A stretch of DNA of 64,000 nt from Tubulanus polymorphus (GCF_964204645.1 NC_134026.1:8021950-8085949); one strand, 5' to 3'. Positions 10,526-25,933 are shown, counted from the stretch's first letter. Program-made: numbers and translations. Notes: a model not told the origin generated them from the sequence alone.

Positions 10526-13500
10526 TTAAGTTTTTTTTGCTTTCATGAATATTTTACTCTGTTCTCTTCTGCGTTTAGTGACCGGATTCCGAGGATCAAA
10601 TATTTCATATCGATCCAATTCATCAACGTTCGCGTCTAAAACTTTCTGTTTACTTTCTATAAATGTCAGTTTATGAGCCAGCCTGAAATAGATAACACAG
10701 AACAGTTTATGAGCCAGCCTGAAATAGATAACACAGAACAGTTTATGAGCCAGCCTGAAATAGATAACACAAAACAATTTATGAGCCAGCCTGAAATAGA
10801 TAACACAGAACAGTTTATGAGCCAGCCTGAAATAGATAACACAGAACAGTTTACGAGCCAGCCTGAAATAGATAACACAAAACAGCCTGAAATAGATAAC
10901 ACAAAACAGTTTATCAGACAGCCTGAAATAGATAACACAGAACAGTTTTTCAGACAGCCTGAAATAGGTAACACAGAACAGTTCATCAGACAGCCTGCAA
11001 TAGATAACACAGAACAGTTTATCAGTCAACTTGAAATAGATAATACAGAACAGTTTTTCAGACAGCCTGAAATAGGTAACACAGAACAGTTCATCAGACA
11101 GCCTGCAATAGATAACACAGAACAGTTTATCAGTCAACTTGAAATAGGTAACACAGAACAGTTCATCAGACAGCCTGCAATAGATAACACTGAACAGTTT
11201 ATCAGTCAACTTGAAATAGATAACACAGAACAGTTCATCAGACAGCCTGAAATAGATAATACAGAACAGTTATCAGACAGCCTGAAATAGATAACACAGA
11301 ACAGTTTAACAGACTGATATAGATAATATGGATACGATATACGATATACGTTTACAGGAGACCAGGGAAGTGAGGAGACTAAGTGTCTGCCTCCATCATA
11401 TACTAACCATGAATCGCCTTCAATATCATCATTCGTTTCATCGTTTATATCGACTATTTTCTCCTCAGTTTCCTCATCGTGTTGTTCTCTAACCGATTGT
11501 AGTCGTGTTTTGAATTTGGCCAATATCGCTAATGTCTCTTCCTCTCGTCCTGATCCTTTTTTTTTATTCTTTCCTTTCAATTCTTTATATTTTAGTTGCT
11601 CCTTTTTAAAATCTAACACGGCATCATTTGTAGATTCAGTCTCTTCTTCCGACTCTGAAATAGAAACAATCTCATACAATTACCCCCGCTTACCAGTCGT
11701 CGAAACTAGTGACTGGATACGTGCTCACTTACCAGGGCTTGTTTTCTGTGAAGTTTGTTTATTTTTCTCTTGCTTTCTTCTTTTCGCTTCTTTTAATTCT
11801 TTCTGTAACTGACGAACTTCGTTCCTTAATTCTTCCCTGAATGAAATATATTTCATATTTTTAAATTCATTCTGATGTCATTTTTACTGTTCAACTATTC
11901 GTAAATACACGAACTTTCTGGATAATTCTTTTGGTTTATCTGTTTCTTGTTTTACTGTTTCTTGTTTTACTGTTTCTTGTTCCACCTCTGTCGGTGATGA
12001 TTCATTTTCTGTTTCTTTCTTTAATTTTTTCTTCACATTTTCGATGCTCGATTCAACTGAATCTTCTTCCTATAAAACATCAGAATAACTTCATCCAGTT
12101 CACCATCAGAGTTCCAAAGTTCACAACCCAGTGCCTGATCGAGTTCCACCGTTCACAAACCAGTGCCTGATCGAGTTCCACAGCTCACAACCCAGTCCTG
12201 GATTCAGTTCCACAGTTCACAACCCAGTAGTGAACTGTGAAACTAGGTCGTGAACTGTGAACCAGGGTCCGATCTAAGTACTTTTCCGATTGCCTGGGAC
12301 AAGTATATTTTCATTAGGGCAAGTAGGTTATCATTATCACTTGTCCACCGGGCTAACGCAAGCTGTGGAACTGTGACTGTGGGTCATAAACCGTGGAACT
12401 GGATCCTGTAGTGAACTGTAGGTGTCGAACGTAATATTCACCTCTATTGAATCCTTGCTGCGTTTTTTACTAGTTTTTGTTGTTATTGGATCATCATGAA
12501 TCACTGATACTGAACTCAATTTTGGATCATCGATCAAATCATGGCTACTTTTACTTTTTCCTCTCATTTGCTACAAAAGAAAACAACATTTCAAATTACT
12601 CTCTTTATATGCGGAAATAATGAAGACGAAAATGATTTTTACCTCTGTCGCTTCATTAATCATCTCTTCATCTTCCTCTGCTTCTTCTCCGAATGACAAC
12701 AACTTAAAATTTCTGTAAACATTAATTTTCCAAAAATAGAAAATAACTTACATCTGAATTGCTCTAATACGACACAAGACGTTTGCACGTACTTTGTAGC
12801 CTTAGAACGACTGACTTTCTTCTGATTATTATCTACGTTTTTCTTATAAATTTCTCTCGGCAAAATATCATCAAACGGATTGTTCAAAATCTGTTAAAGG
12901 AAATATAAACACAATCTAAACAACTGGAGCCATCTTTCAAATCAGGTCAAGGAGATTGAATAAGGTCAAGGTTTTGGAAAGTTTTTGAGAGGGTCGCCTG
13001 TCCCACTGAAGTGATGATTTTGAGACAGTCCTCTGTCGATCTTGAAGTAATGATTTTGAGGGGGTCCCCTATCGCCCTTGAAGTAATGATTTTGAGAGGG
13101 TCCACTCACGCGTGTTGATATTATTTTCTGTAGATATTTCGGGCGGTCGTTGCTATCTGTTTCACATTCACCCAGTTTTAACATGTTGTAAACAGTCGGG
13201 CCGGTTATCTGAGAAAAGAGTAGATTATCTGAAACAGCAGATCTGAAAACTGATTCCCTGAATCAGAAATCTGATTCACTGAATATCAGCAAAAATACAA
13301 GTATTTTTGATATCAGACATCTGAAAAACTGATTCCCTAAATCACTGAATCAGAGATCTGAAAACAGACTTAGCGAATAAGAAATCTAAAAACTCCAGAA
13401 TGATTTTAAAAACATATTTAGTATTTTACCTTGCCGAATAGAGTGTGTTTTTTATTGAGTTCGGAAGCCTCGCCGAGCGTGAAAAAAAACTGACTGTCAT

Positions 13501-14446
13501 TGTTATTAGGACCGGCATTCGCCATGGCGACCAAACCACGTCGGTTGAATCTGAGTCGAGAATGAAATTCATCCTTTAAAAAAAAAATGAGATAAAACAT
13601 TATTACAATTGCAGCAGGAGCCACATTTCTACAATCAACACACTTCCCAGCGACGTTTGGCAAAATGTTCATTTTAAGTTTTAACTCCTGCTACAGTCAA
13701 ATGTACCTAGAATAGTGGAATCGTGGAAATGGATTTTCAGGAAATTTTAGCTCAGTTCTTGTAGTTACCTTGAATGATTTTCCGTAGATAGATTCACCTC
13801 CATTACCCGTACCCGTTGGGTCTCCACCTTGAGCGATGAAATCTTTGATAACCCTATGAAACACTGTTCCATCGTAATAACCTTCCATACACAACTGGAT
13901 GAAATTTCGGCATGTTTTCGGACATTCTTTCGACCACAATTCTATATCAATTTCTCCGACACTGGTTATGAGCAGCACCTGCAAAAATACCGCCACCAAA
14001 CGGTCCGTATCGGTAACTTATGGTAAAAACCGTTTTATGTCTGAAATACATTGTTGACCTGACAAATTTACTATAAATAATCTACATTAATGTGTGTGAC
14101 CAACATCTGCCTATACCTATAACATTTCTTCTAAAAACTTTCGAACCATGTCCATGACCATTCAATGCATGCCAGCACTAGTCTATCAATCATATTATGT
14201 CCGTTTTGTTATATCAGTTAATGTTTATCAGATCAGATTTTTATTATTTTACACTCTGTTACATGTATGTTTGTATTATGTCAGTCACACAAATCCGTCA
14301 ATACACTGCAGACAGCAGGACAGTGCACTTGTTTTATAGTTTTGAATAAAGATTTCATTTGATTGAATTGAGATGCATATAATTGGCCTGACGAATTTAC
14401 ATACCTTTCCTTTCGTTGGAGGTTCTTGAATATAAATGTTACTCAT
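10526..14446 (-). CDS. CWC27: Spliceosome-associated cyclophilin CWC27 (multi-exon)
   Basis: MSNIYIQEPPTKGK|VLLITSVGEIDIELWSKECPKTCRNFIQLCMEGYYDGTVFHR...DEFHSRLRFNRRGLVAMAN; NNPFDDILPR; GKSKSSHDL; C-terminal YEIFDPRNPVTKRRREQSK. Confidence 0.96.
10667..11308. repeat. 36-bp minisatellite (~18 copies) spanning the CWC27 last intron/exon junction
   Basis: Unit cagtttatgagccagcctgaaatagataacacagaa; on the minus strand each unit carries ttatctatttcag|gctg. Confidence 0.95.
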
Positions 14447-14753
14447 GTTTTAACAGTTAAGAATAGTGTAACTTGCGGAAAAATGTCAAATATTTGACAT
14501 AAAAGATGATTTTTTGAGGTTTCACTTTTAATTCATGGGCGCAGCCATTTTTATTTCTGCACTGAATATGAAAATAATTCCATAGAGAGATAAATTTAAT
14601 CAGATATTTTACAAAAATTTGGAAAACTATTCAATAAATAAACGATTCATGATAAACATACGAATTGAATTAGTAATTTGTGATGATTTCTGATGTCACC
14701 GGCACCTGCAGCTGCCACCAGGTGGTGCACTGGTCGATTATTGAACAATTAAT

Positions 14754-16014
<1,261 letters not shown>

Positions 16015-17139
16015 TTTTAACCACAGTTAGGACTCAGATTGATTCAGATTAATTTTAACCGTGTTTTGGACTCAGTTTTGTGTAAAGGTTTTCCTGGCAT
16101 TTATTTTAAGTTTTCTCTTTATTGAATGAAACAAACTGTAAGATGTTTTATTTCAAAATCATGTTTTATAAGATAATGCAATAAATCCTCACAAAATATC
16201 TTAATATATTCAATCTTAAAATCTCTCTGATGTTGAAAGCCCATTCTGATTCTCGGAAAAAAACCTTCTGGTGGAAAACTTTCCGATTCAGTGGAAACCC
16301 TTCTGATTCACAGTGGAAACCTTCTGAGTAACGGTGGAAACCCATCTGATTCACAGTAGAAACCCTTCTGATTCATTGGAAACCTGATTCATAGTGGAAG
16401 AAAGGCCCCGATTTGTGCTTAATCTTCACAAAAAGTGCAACTTTTAGACTGATAATCATAAGCCAAGCACACATCACTTCTGGGTAATTGACATGCCCTA
16501 GGGCAGAAGTGAAATCTATTGGTCCCATGAGATCCAAAGAAACTGCAAGCTACTGTCTTAGTAAAATGTTGATTAATATAAGTCTTCCCTACGTTTTGAA
16601 AATTTTTAAGTTTTGGTTAAAATGATGGCGTGTACTGGGTCAGTCTGTCCAGGCAATGCTTCCACAAATCTCTAGCTGTTACAGTGTCTATTATCATGGG
16701 TGCAATCCGCTTTAAAAAGTGCTACTTATTCCGCACCATAAGTGCTTACTTTTTCTTAAGCCTTACGACAACGAACCGTCCTTCTGAGGCAGCTTTCTTC
16801 AAATTTGTCCTCACTTTCTTCCACAATTGCCAAAATAAATAATCATAAATGCAGTTAATGAATATTTTATTTGTTCATATGGTACACAATGAATACAGCG
16901 AAAATTACATACAGCGAATATTACACGCAGCTAATATTACATTATAGCGAATATTACACACAATGAATATTAGATATTTATAACATGTATGGTAATATAT
17001 ATTATAATAATTCATATACACAACAAGCACTGCTGGAATTGTTTATCGTGGAAATTGAATTTCTACTGTTTTAATCAACTAATATTGATTGCACACAGTA
17101 CATATAACAGTCACTAGGGGGCAGCTCTAGGGTAGGGGA

Positions 17140-20100
17140 CTAGTTACGCAGAATGACGTCGTAAGCTTGTTGAATACACGGGTAAACATCCATAGCGCGA
17201 GATTTCAATGACAACTGAAAATAAACGATCAATATAGCCGAATCAGTAATATATCGGGGGTTTATCAGTGATATATTGGGATATCAGGTTATTTAGTGAT
17301 ATACAATGTATCGAGATAGATAGTAGATCAATGATTTATCGGGATATCAGGGGTAAATCAGAAATATATTGCGATACCAGGGGTAAATCAGTGATATAAA
17401 TCGAGATATTAGGGGGGGGGGTAAATCTCTGATATACCTAGATGTCAGATGTTAGTGGCGATGCATGGAGGTACTTACAGTAATATTCGTATTTCCAGGT
17501 TGCATTTTTAATTCGGCTAAAACCCAGATTCCATTGGTCAATCTGAGAGACTGATATAACATATCCTGACCTTCAACGTTGCGTTTAGCAATCGTAAACA
17601 CGTTATTATTACGCAACTTAGCAGACGACGTATCTATAAATAGAAACAACAGCGACACCTATAATCAGTGAAGAGACACTATTCCAGTGTTTTCAACAAG
17701 AGCCAGGTCTCGGGTCCCAGACCCGTCTGTCGTTTTTTAAGGATCCACCTGTTTTTTCAAACCAGCTTTCGTTTCAGGGACTTGTGACATATTATGGGAC
17801 CCTCCTGTTTTTCGAAGGGACCTGGCTTCTTAATTTCTTACTAAAAACACTGTATTCAACCCAGAACTGACAGACCCTAGTATCAATGGCCCTATGGTGA
17901 CAGTAAATCATACTAACCTGCACTGTGTGGTATCTGATTGATAGTTATTTGAACCTCGTTCTGAGCCGGGATATCCTTCCAGGTGGCGAGGAAAACGCGA
18001 CGTTCCATTTCACCGTCCTCAACAAATAGAACATGCATCGGTACGATACAACTGAAGTAAAACACATCGATGTTGTTCTTTACGGCCACCTGAAAATAGA
18101 AAACACAACGGGTGGCTCCAAATACTGTACTGCGAGTTTCGACACATTTCGGAGCTGTCCCGATAAGACACTGACCTGTAAATTAGTTAATGGTTCCATA
18201 CGTTGGACAGGTCCGGTTGTATTCAGATTCAGTGTTACTGATGCTGATTGATTCGGAGGAAGTGGTGTAGTTACGGATAACGGTCCAGCAGGTGTCAATC
18301 CAAAACTACAAACAATCAATCATTAATATAAACGAGGTGTAAACCAGTAGTCCATTGGGAGGTATAAACTGGTAGTCCATGGGGAGGTTTTAAACCGGTA
18401 GTCCATGGGGAGGTTTTAAACCGGTAGTCCATGGGGAGGTTTTAAACCAGTAGTCCATGGGGAGGTTTTAAACTGGTAGTCCATGGGGAGGTATAAACTG
18501 GTAGTCCATGGGGAGGTTTTAAACTGGTAGTCCATGGGGAGGTATAAACTGATAGTCCATGGGGAGGTATAAACTTATAGTCCATGGGGAGGTATAAACT
18601 GGTAGTCCATGGGGAGGTATAAACTGGTAGTCCATGGGGAGGTATAAACTGGTAGTCCATGGGGAGGTTTTAAACCGGTAGTCCATGGGGAGGTGTAAAC
18701 CAGTAGTCCATGGGGAGGTGTAAACCGGTAGTCCATGGGGAGGTATAAACCGGTAGTCCATGGGGAGGTATAAACCTGTAGTCCATGGGGAGGTGTAAAC
18801 CGGTAGTCCATGGGGAGGTGTAACCCGCTAGTCCATGGGGATGTGTAAACCGGTAGTCCATGGGGAGGTGTAAACCGGTAGTCCATGGGGATGTGTAAAC
18901 CGCTAGTCCATGGGGAGGTGTAAACCGGTAGTCCATGGGGAGGTGTAAACCGGTAGTCCATGGGGAGGTGTAAACCGGTAGTCCAGGGGGAGGTGTAAAC
19001 AGGTTACAGGTTGTAATCCAGGGGTAGGAATATTACCTGTTTTTATTGAACTGTACAGCGAATCCACCCATAGCCTGCATCGCTCTATTTGTGAATGTGA
19101 ATTCCATACAAACATGTCCTTGTTTCCGCGAGAACGTTCCAGATATATCTAAACCTTTTCCCTTAGACGCTGGTAACCAAACCTAAAATATCAGCTCATT
19201 TATTAGTGAACATGTTCACCTTCATTTAATCACCCTATGGCATCATCAACGACTAGTAACTGACCTCTTGTGGTGGAACGTAAGAAGCAGAAGTCGCAGC
19301 TAATCCAAATATGTCTCCTAATCCGGCCATACCGCCGCCCGGTTCAGACTGATTACCACCACTAAACAACTAAAACAATTCAACATACATCATTTTAATA
19401 TTGCATTCAGCTTCAGTTACTCTGCAACTAGAAACAACTATGAGCTAGGATCGCTCCAGAGACCAGAGCTAGGGTTCCTGTAGAGCTTGGAGCTAGTATC
19501 GCTCTAGAGACCAGAGTTAGGGGTCCTGTAGAGCTTGGAGCTAGGATCGCTCCAGAACTAGGGTTACTGTAGACCTTAGAGCTAGGATTGCTACAGAGGT
19601 CAAAGCTAGGGTTCCTGTAGAGCTCGGAACTAGGACTGCTCCACAGACCAGTGCTAGGGTTCCTGTAGAGCTTGGAGCTAGTATCGCTCTAGAGACCAGA
19701 GTTAGGGGTCCTGTAGAGCTTGGAGCTAGGATCGCTCCAGAACTAGGGTTACTGTAGACCTTAGAGCTAGGATTGCTACAGAGATCAAAGCTAGGGTTCC
19801 TGTAGAGCTCGGAACTAGGACTGCTCCACAGACCAGAGCTAGGGTTCCTGTAGAGCTTGGAGCTAGTATCGCTCTAGAGACCAGAGTTAGGGGTCCTGTA
19901 GAGCTTGGAGCTAGGATCGCTCCAGAACTAGGGTTACTGTAGACCTTAGAGCTAGGATTGCTACAGAGATCAAAGCTAGGGTTCCTGTAGAGCTCGGAAC
20001 TAGGACTGCTCAACAGACCAGAGCTAGGGTTCCTGTAGAGCTTGGAGCTAGTATCGCTCTAGAGACCAGAGTTAGGGGTCCTGTAGAGCTTGGAGTTTGG

Positions 20101-23100
20101 ATCGCTCTAGAGACCAGAGCTAGGGGTCCTGTATAGGTTGGAGCTAGGATTGCACAGACCTCTAAGGGTTGGAGCTAGGATTGCTCCAGAGAACAGAGCT
20201 AGGGTTTCTGTACAGCAAGGATTGCTCGACCACAAACCAAAGCTAGGGTTCAGGTAGAGCTAGGATTGCTCCACAGAGGATTGCTCTTGGAAAGCTTGGA
20301 GCTAAGATTGCTCCAAATACTCAGTAATTGTTTGTAATTGAAGAACAGAAATTATAAAATATATGAACTGGGAAAAACAGAATTTTAAGTCACCAGAAAA
20401 AAACAGAAGAGATAGAGATTTACACAACACTCACACAGAAATACCACTAGGTGGCGCTATTAATACACCTAACACACACACACAGCTACCACTAGGTGGC
20501 ACTATATACACCTACCGTATCCTCAGATCCTTCCATTGCAAACGGTGCACTCTATACGTAAATAATTAAAATACCAATCAATCAAACATGCAATTAGTAT
20601 CAGATCGCCCTCACTGCCCACCAAACCCCTGCACAGCCGACACGTCATAAATTTGAAGTGTTAGAAAGCCCTGAGCCGCAGTATTCTCTTCCCCTGGTTC
20701 CCTCCCCTGTCTATGGGAGATCTATTCAACTCACCAGACTATCCAACCCTTCTCCTAACAGATCCATCGCACCAGTTGAACTCTGCTGTATCGGAGGTTG
20801 TTGATGCATTGTCGGACCGAGGTCCATATCTAACAGGTCTCCAATCAGCGAATCGGCTCCCGGTATAACAGTAGTGACCGGCTGTTGAGCCGTCTGACCC
20901 GACTGCTGCTGCTGCTGCTGAGCTTGACCGGACGATGAATCTAATGACGTCATCTCCTCGCTGCCAGCTCTACAAACATTCGAATCAATCAATCAATCAA
21001 TCAATCAATCAGTCAATCAATCAATCAATCAATCAAAATCCACTAGGGTGAGCCACCAGTAGGGGGTGTTATACTCACGATGTAGAACGAGGCGGTAACG
21101 CTTTACGAATCGACATCCTACCCTCGACAAACGCGCTCGGTGGTTTATGATAAACCGAGGCCAGACTGGAGATGTGACAGATTAGTTCATCCAGTAGTGT
21201 CGGTTCGATGAGGTCGGTCTCTTCGCTGATCAACGGTTTCTCCGCTAACACGACGTCTTTAGCGGCAGCAGGATCCGTGGATAGTAATCTCCAATAGATA
21301 TACCCTCTGTCTCTTAGATCCGGGTTATCGCTATCCTGTGTGGCTAGCGATAGTACTTGTTGTACTAACTCCTGCGTATCTGTCGGCCGAGTGAGGAATA
21401 GTTTCACTATCGCTGTCAATAACTGTAGCTGAACCTGTCACAAATATACAGAGAGTTGAATTAAAGAGTTGATATGAGAAGAGTTGATATGAGAGGAGGA
21501 GTTGATATGAGAAGAGGAGTTGATATGAGAAGAGGAGTTGATATGAGAAGAGGAGTTGATATGAGAAGAGGAGTTGATATGAGAAGAGGAGTTGATATGA
21601 GAGGAGGAGTTGATATGAGAAGAGGAATTGATATGAGAGGAGGAGTTGATATGAAAAGAGGAGTTGATATGAGAAGAGGAGTTGATATGAGAGGAGGAGT
21701 TGATATGAGAAGAGGAGTTGATATGAGAGGAGGAGATGATATGAGAAGAGTTGATATGAGAAGAGTTGATATGAGCGGAGGAGTTGATATGAGAGTTGAT
21801 ATGAGAGGAGTTGATATGAGAGGAGTTGAATGAGAGTTGATATGGAAGGAATTGATATGAGAGGAGTTGATATGAGAGGAGTTGATATGGAAGGAATTGA
21901 TGAGAGGAGTTGAATCGAGAGTTCATTATTATTACCTGTGTATTTTCATCCTGAAATCCTTCTAGGAAACTTTCTAACAGTTCATCAGCGTTATCGATCC
22001 TCTCGGCGTATTGACCAATAATCCAAATCATTGACGCCCTGTAAACATAAACAACTCACCGATTAATCACGATTCGGGGAGTTGAGAGGGAGCGAGAGGG
22101 GGAGATACTAACCTAGCCTCAGGTTCATCCAATGTATCCAGATTCTCACACAACGTCGAAATGATACTCTCGTATTTGTTCGGATATTTACGGAAGATAT
22201 CCTAAAAATAAGGAAACCTGAATTTAGTGTCGGTAGCATATCGGCAGCGTAAGTGACGATGGAAGCGCGACCTGGTGTTTACCTTGATCACTACGATAGC
22301 CTCCTGCACGACGTAGTTGACTTTAGTTTGAATGAGGTCTAGTAACGTACTGACGCATCTTTCCGCGGCCTGTTCGACTTTAATAGCACAACGACCGATA
22401 GCGCGGACTGACTTGCGCACAAAATCTACATCGACCTCCGTAGCATATCTACAATATAAATATATATACACACACATAAATCGGATACATCCTAGCATAT
22501 CTACACAATCAGGATGTTTCCCCTGAGGGGAATGAGGAGGTGATACTCCTTTAATTCAGCCAGCATCTGTGCTATGCTGCCCTGAGGAAGTGGGAGAGTG
22601 AGCAGAGAGGGGGAGGTGTTACTTAATCCCGCCAGCATCGGTACTATGTTCGCCTAAGGAGAGGGGGTAGGAAGGGAAGGTGTTACTTACTCTTTTAATT
22701 CAGCCAGCACCTGCGCTATGTTGCCCTGACTTGTCAATCTAATCATTATATCCAATTTCTCCAGTTTCACATAAATCGGATCGTTGTATTTAACAAAGAA
22801 AACTTTCATTTCATGTCTCAATATTTCTGACCTGTGAAATAAATCACAGTTAGTTTACAATTTGGACCTTAGCTCCACAGAACATTGTCCGTTTAGATTG
22901 ACTGTAAAAATCTGATCATTTCCGATATGTTTTAAAACTTGAAGACTGAAACCGAGAAGGTTCAGAAGTCTATAGTTTATACCTCTTCTGTACGATGAGG
23001 TTAATATTCCTCAAAGCGACGTATTGAATCTCAGGTTCCGCGGATAGCAACGTCACTAAAGGTGGCGCCAGTTTCTTTATGAGATTAGACACGAATTGAG

Positions 23101-25933
23101 TTGTTTGATCCATCATTTCTAACAGTTTCATTATCACCTGAAATACAACAACATCAAACCGTTCAAACCCGGCCGAATGGACGGGGGGTATCAGTGAGAG
23201 GGGAAAGGGGTGATACAGACCTTCACAGCGGAGAGCACTACTGCCGCATTAGCGTGAGATAATCTAGGAGTAACTCGCTCGCAAATACTACAATAGACAA
23301 ACACATTATCTGATCAGTATAATACAGGGTAGAGTTATAAATACAGGGGTAGAGTTATTAACAGGGGTAGAGTAATAAATACAGGGGTCGAGTTTTAATT
23401 CAGGTGTAGAGTTAAAAATACAGGGGTAGAGTTATCAGTACAGGGGTAGAGTCATAATACAAGGGTAGAGTTATAAATACAGTGGTAGAGTTATAAATAC
23501 AGGGTAGAGTTATAAACAGGGGTAGAGTTATAAATACAGGGTAGAGTTATAAATATAGGGTAGAGTTATAAATATAGGGTAGAGTTATAAATACAGGGGT
23601 AGAGTTATTAACAGGGGTAGAGTTATAAATTCAGGGGTAGAGTTTTAATTCAGGTGTAGAGTTAAACAATACAGGGGTAGAGTTATCAGTACAGGGGTAG
23701 TCATAATACAAGGGTAGAGTTATAAATACAGGGGTAGAGTCATAATACAAGGGTTGAGTTATAAATACAGGGGTAGAGTTATTAACAGGGGTAGAGTAAT
23801 AAATACAGGGGTAGAGTTTTAATTCAGGTGTACAGTTAAAAATACAGGGGTAGAGTTATCAGTACAAGGGTAGAGTCATAATACAAGGGTTGAGTTATAA
23901 ATACAGGGGTAGAGTTATTAACAGGGGTAGAGTAATAAATACAGGGGTAGAGTTTTAATTCAGGTGTAGAGTTAAAAATACAGGGGTAGAGTTATCAATA
24001 CAGGGGTAGAGTCATAATACAAGGGTAGAGTTATAAATACAGGGGTAGAGTTATAAATACAGGGTAGAGTTATAAATACAGGGGTAAAGATAGGATCAGT
24101 TGCTCGAAGTTGATGAGAGTTAACCAGAGGATATTTGACATAGTGACAACGGAAACTACGCTGTTACTATGATATGTATCCGCTGGTTGTCTTAAACCAA
24201 CTCCGATTGAGAACGAGTGATGTCTTTACCTTTGTGCCTCGCGGTCATCTTTAGGGGTATAGTTAGCGATGGAGTCTAGTATAAACACTTGACCCCATTC
24301 GGTGCATTCGTTCAGAGCCGTCAGCAATTTATTGATAGTTTGTGAATTCATATCGAGAGTTTGATTTCCCGACGTCGACGTCTCGGATATCTCCGATATA
24401 GCGGCGACTGCATTTGCTACCACCTAGCGCAGAAAATAATAACTAAATATCATCACTCACTAAACTGCTGCGCCGGCTAGCGGAGATATAATGATTCAAA
24501 CTACTGACCATGGGGTTCGAGTCCGAGAGTAATTCTCGAAGGTTTTCCAGGAATCCTTGATCGTCGACCATTGTTGAGTTAATATCGTGTAACTTAGCAA
24601 CGCAAACCGCAGCCGTTTTCCTCACGTAGGGATCTTCATCCTTTAAACACTTTCGCAACGGTTGACACAAATATTCAGTGATCTTATCAACCCTGATGCA
24701 ACCCATCGTTCGCACGGCAAGGGCTCGAATTAATGGATTCGGATCTTCGCAATCCTGCAATCAATCAATCAACAATATACAATCAACCAATCAATCAATA
24801 ATACAATCAGTCGATAATACTACGATCAATCAATAATACAATCAACCAATCAATCAAACAATCAATCAATCAAACAATCAATCAATCAATCAATCGATAA
24901 TACAACCAATTATTCAAATTGGAATCTTTTTAATTTTAAAGCCTAAAATAGCTGAATTTTCATTGTTTTAGATATTGAAGCAGTATACACCTGGATTGAT
25001 ATTTCACTAAGCTGGAGTTTCAGTGATCTACGAGAGTTAAATATGAAATGTGACCTATAGAACTAGATACAGGATGCAGTCACTCCCCCTGGTGACAATA
25101 ATAACCCTTATGTGTTAACTTATGTTATGACTTATGTGTTAACAGCCATGATGGCCACATTTAGTCCCCCCCGGTGACAGTAAACAGTAGGTCTATCAAT
25201 CCTGAAGAATGTGTGAACAGCCATGATGGCCATATCCGATCCCCCTCTGATGACGAACAGTAAACAGTACTAACCCCCTGGTGACAGTAAATGGTACTAA
25301 CCCTGACGAATGTGTTGACAGCCATGATGGCCATATCCGGTTGACTCTTAGCGTAATTCATCAGATACAAATAAACCAATTTCTTCAATTCCAGATTATC
25401 AGTTTGCATACAATTCACTACATCCGGGAATAGAGCACTGAAAATACGAACAAACAATGTGTTAGCCTACACTAATTCATTTAGACAGATAGTACGATTG
25501 GACAGATAGTGGGAGTAGTTAACTAACCTGACATCTTTACCGACAGTCATACTAGCGATAACCTTCTTTACTGCCTCCTTTTTCTTCTCCTTCTTTTCTG
25601 AATTCAATTCTGCTCGTAATTCGAAAATCTCACCTAGAAACACGGATTAAGATTGATATAAGGGGTTGACGAAGATCAGTGTTTTCAATAAGAGCCAGGT
25701 CCCAGGTCCCAGACCCGTCTGTTGTTTGTAAAGGACCCGCCTGTTTTTTCAAACCAGCTTTCGTTTCAGGGACTGTGACATAGGGGGGACCCTCCTGTTT
25801 TTCAAAGGGACCTGGCTTGCTAATTTCTTATTGAAAACACTGTAGATGGATATTTTGGATGGACACCGAATGACCGAACGAGTCAGTGTTACTGACCTTT
25901 CTTGGTGGTAGTGAAATATTTGGAATCAGTCAT
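17140..25933 (-). CDS. AP-1/AP-2 complex beta subunit (beta-adaptin), ~20 exons
   Basis: [12 protein letters not shown]|[12 protein letters not shown]..., [87 protein letters not shown], and an appendage ending [12 protein letters not shown]1B1 versus AP2B1 is not resolvable (many invertebrates have one shared gene). Confidence 0.96.
17685..17852. mobile_element. hAT-like MITE, copy 1
   Basis: TIRs cagtgttttcaa...taaaaacactg with a perfect 5-bp TSD TATTC (17680-17684, 17853-17857). Confidence 0.8.
18334..18998. repeat. 25-bp intronic minisatellite
   Basis: Unit aaaccggtagtccatggggaggtgt, ~26 copies. Confidence 0.95.
19442..20310. repeat. Intronic minisatellite with 185-bp higher-order repeat
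   Basis: Diagnostic gtatcgctctagagacc at 19496, 19681, 19866 and 20051; each period holds four related monomers. Confidence 0.9.
21466..21912. repeat. 15-18-bp intronic minisatellite
   Basis: (gagttgatatgagaagag)n. Confidence 0.95.
23323..24085. repeat. ~20-bp intronic minisatellite
   Basis: (aggggtagagttataaatac)n with variants. Confidence 0.95.
25677..25842. mobile_element. hAT-like MITE, copy 2 (same family as 17685-17852)
   Basis: TIRs cagtgttttcaataaga...tcttattgaaaacactg; flanks aagat/tagat (4 of 5 match); body is highly similar to copy 1. Confidence 0.8.

Noticed and set aside
10673-11290. 205-aa plus-strand ORF (MSQPEIDNTEQF)n
   Set aside because: Antisense reading of the 36-bp intronic minisatellite.
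18442-19115. Overlapping repeat ORFs ([11 protein letters not shown]...)
   Set aside because: Frame-cycling translations of a 25-bp intronic repeat; the same applies to ORFs at 19726, 21438/21474, 35712, 42420-42782 and 62944-63449.
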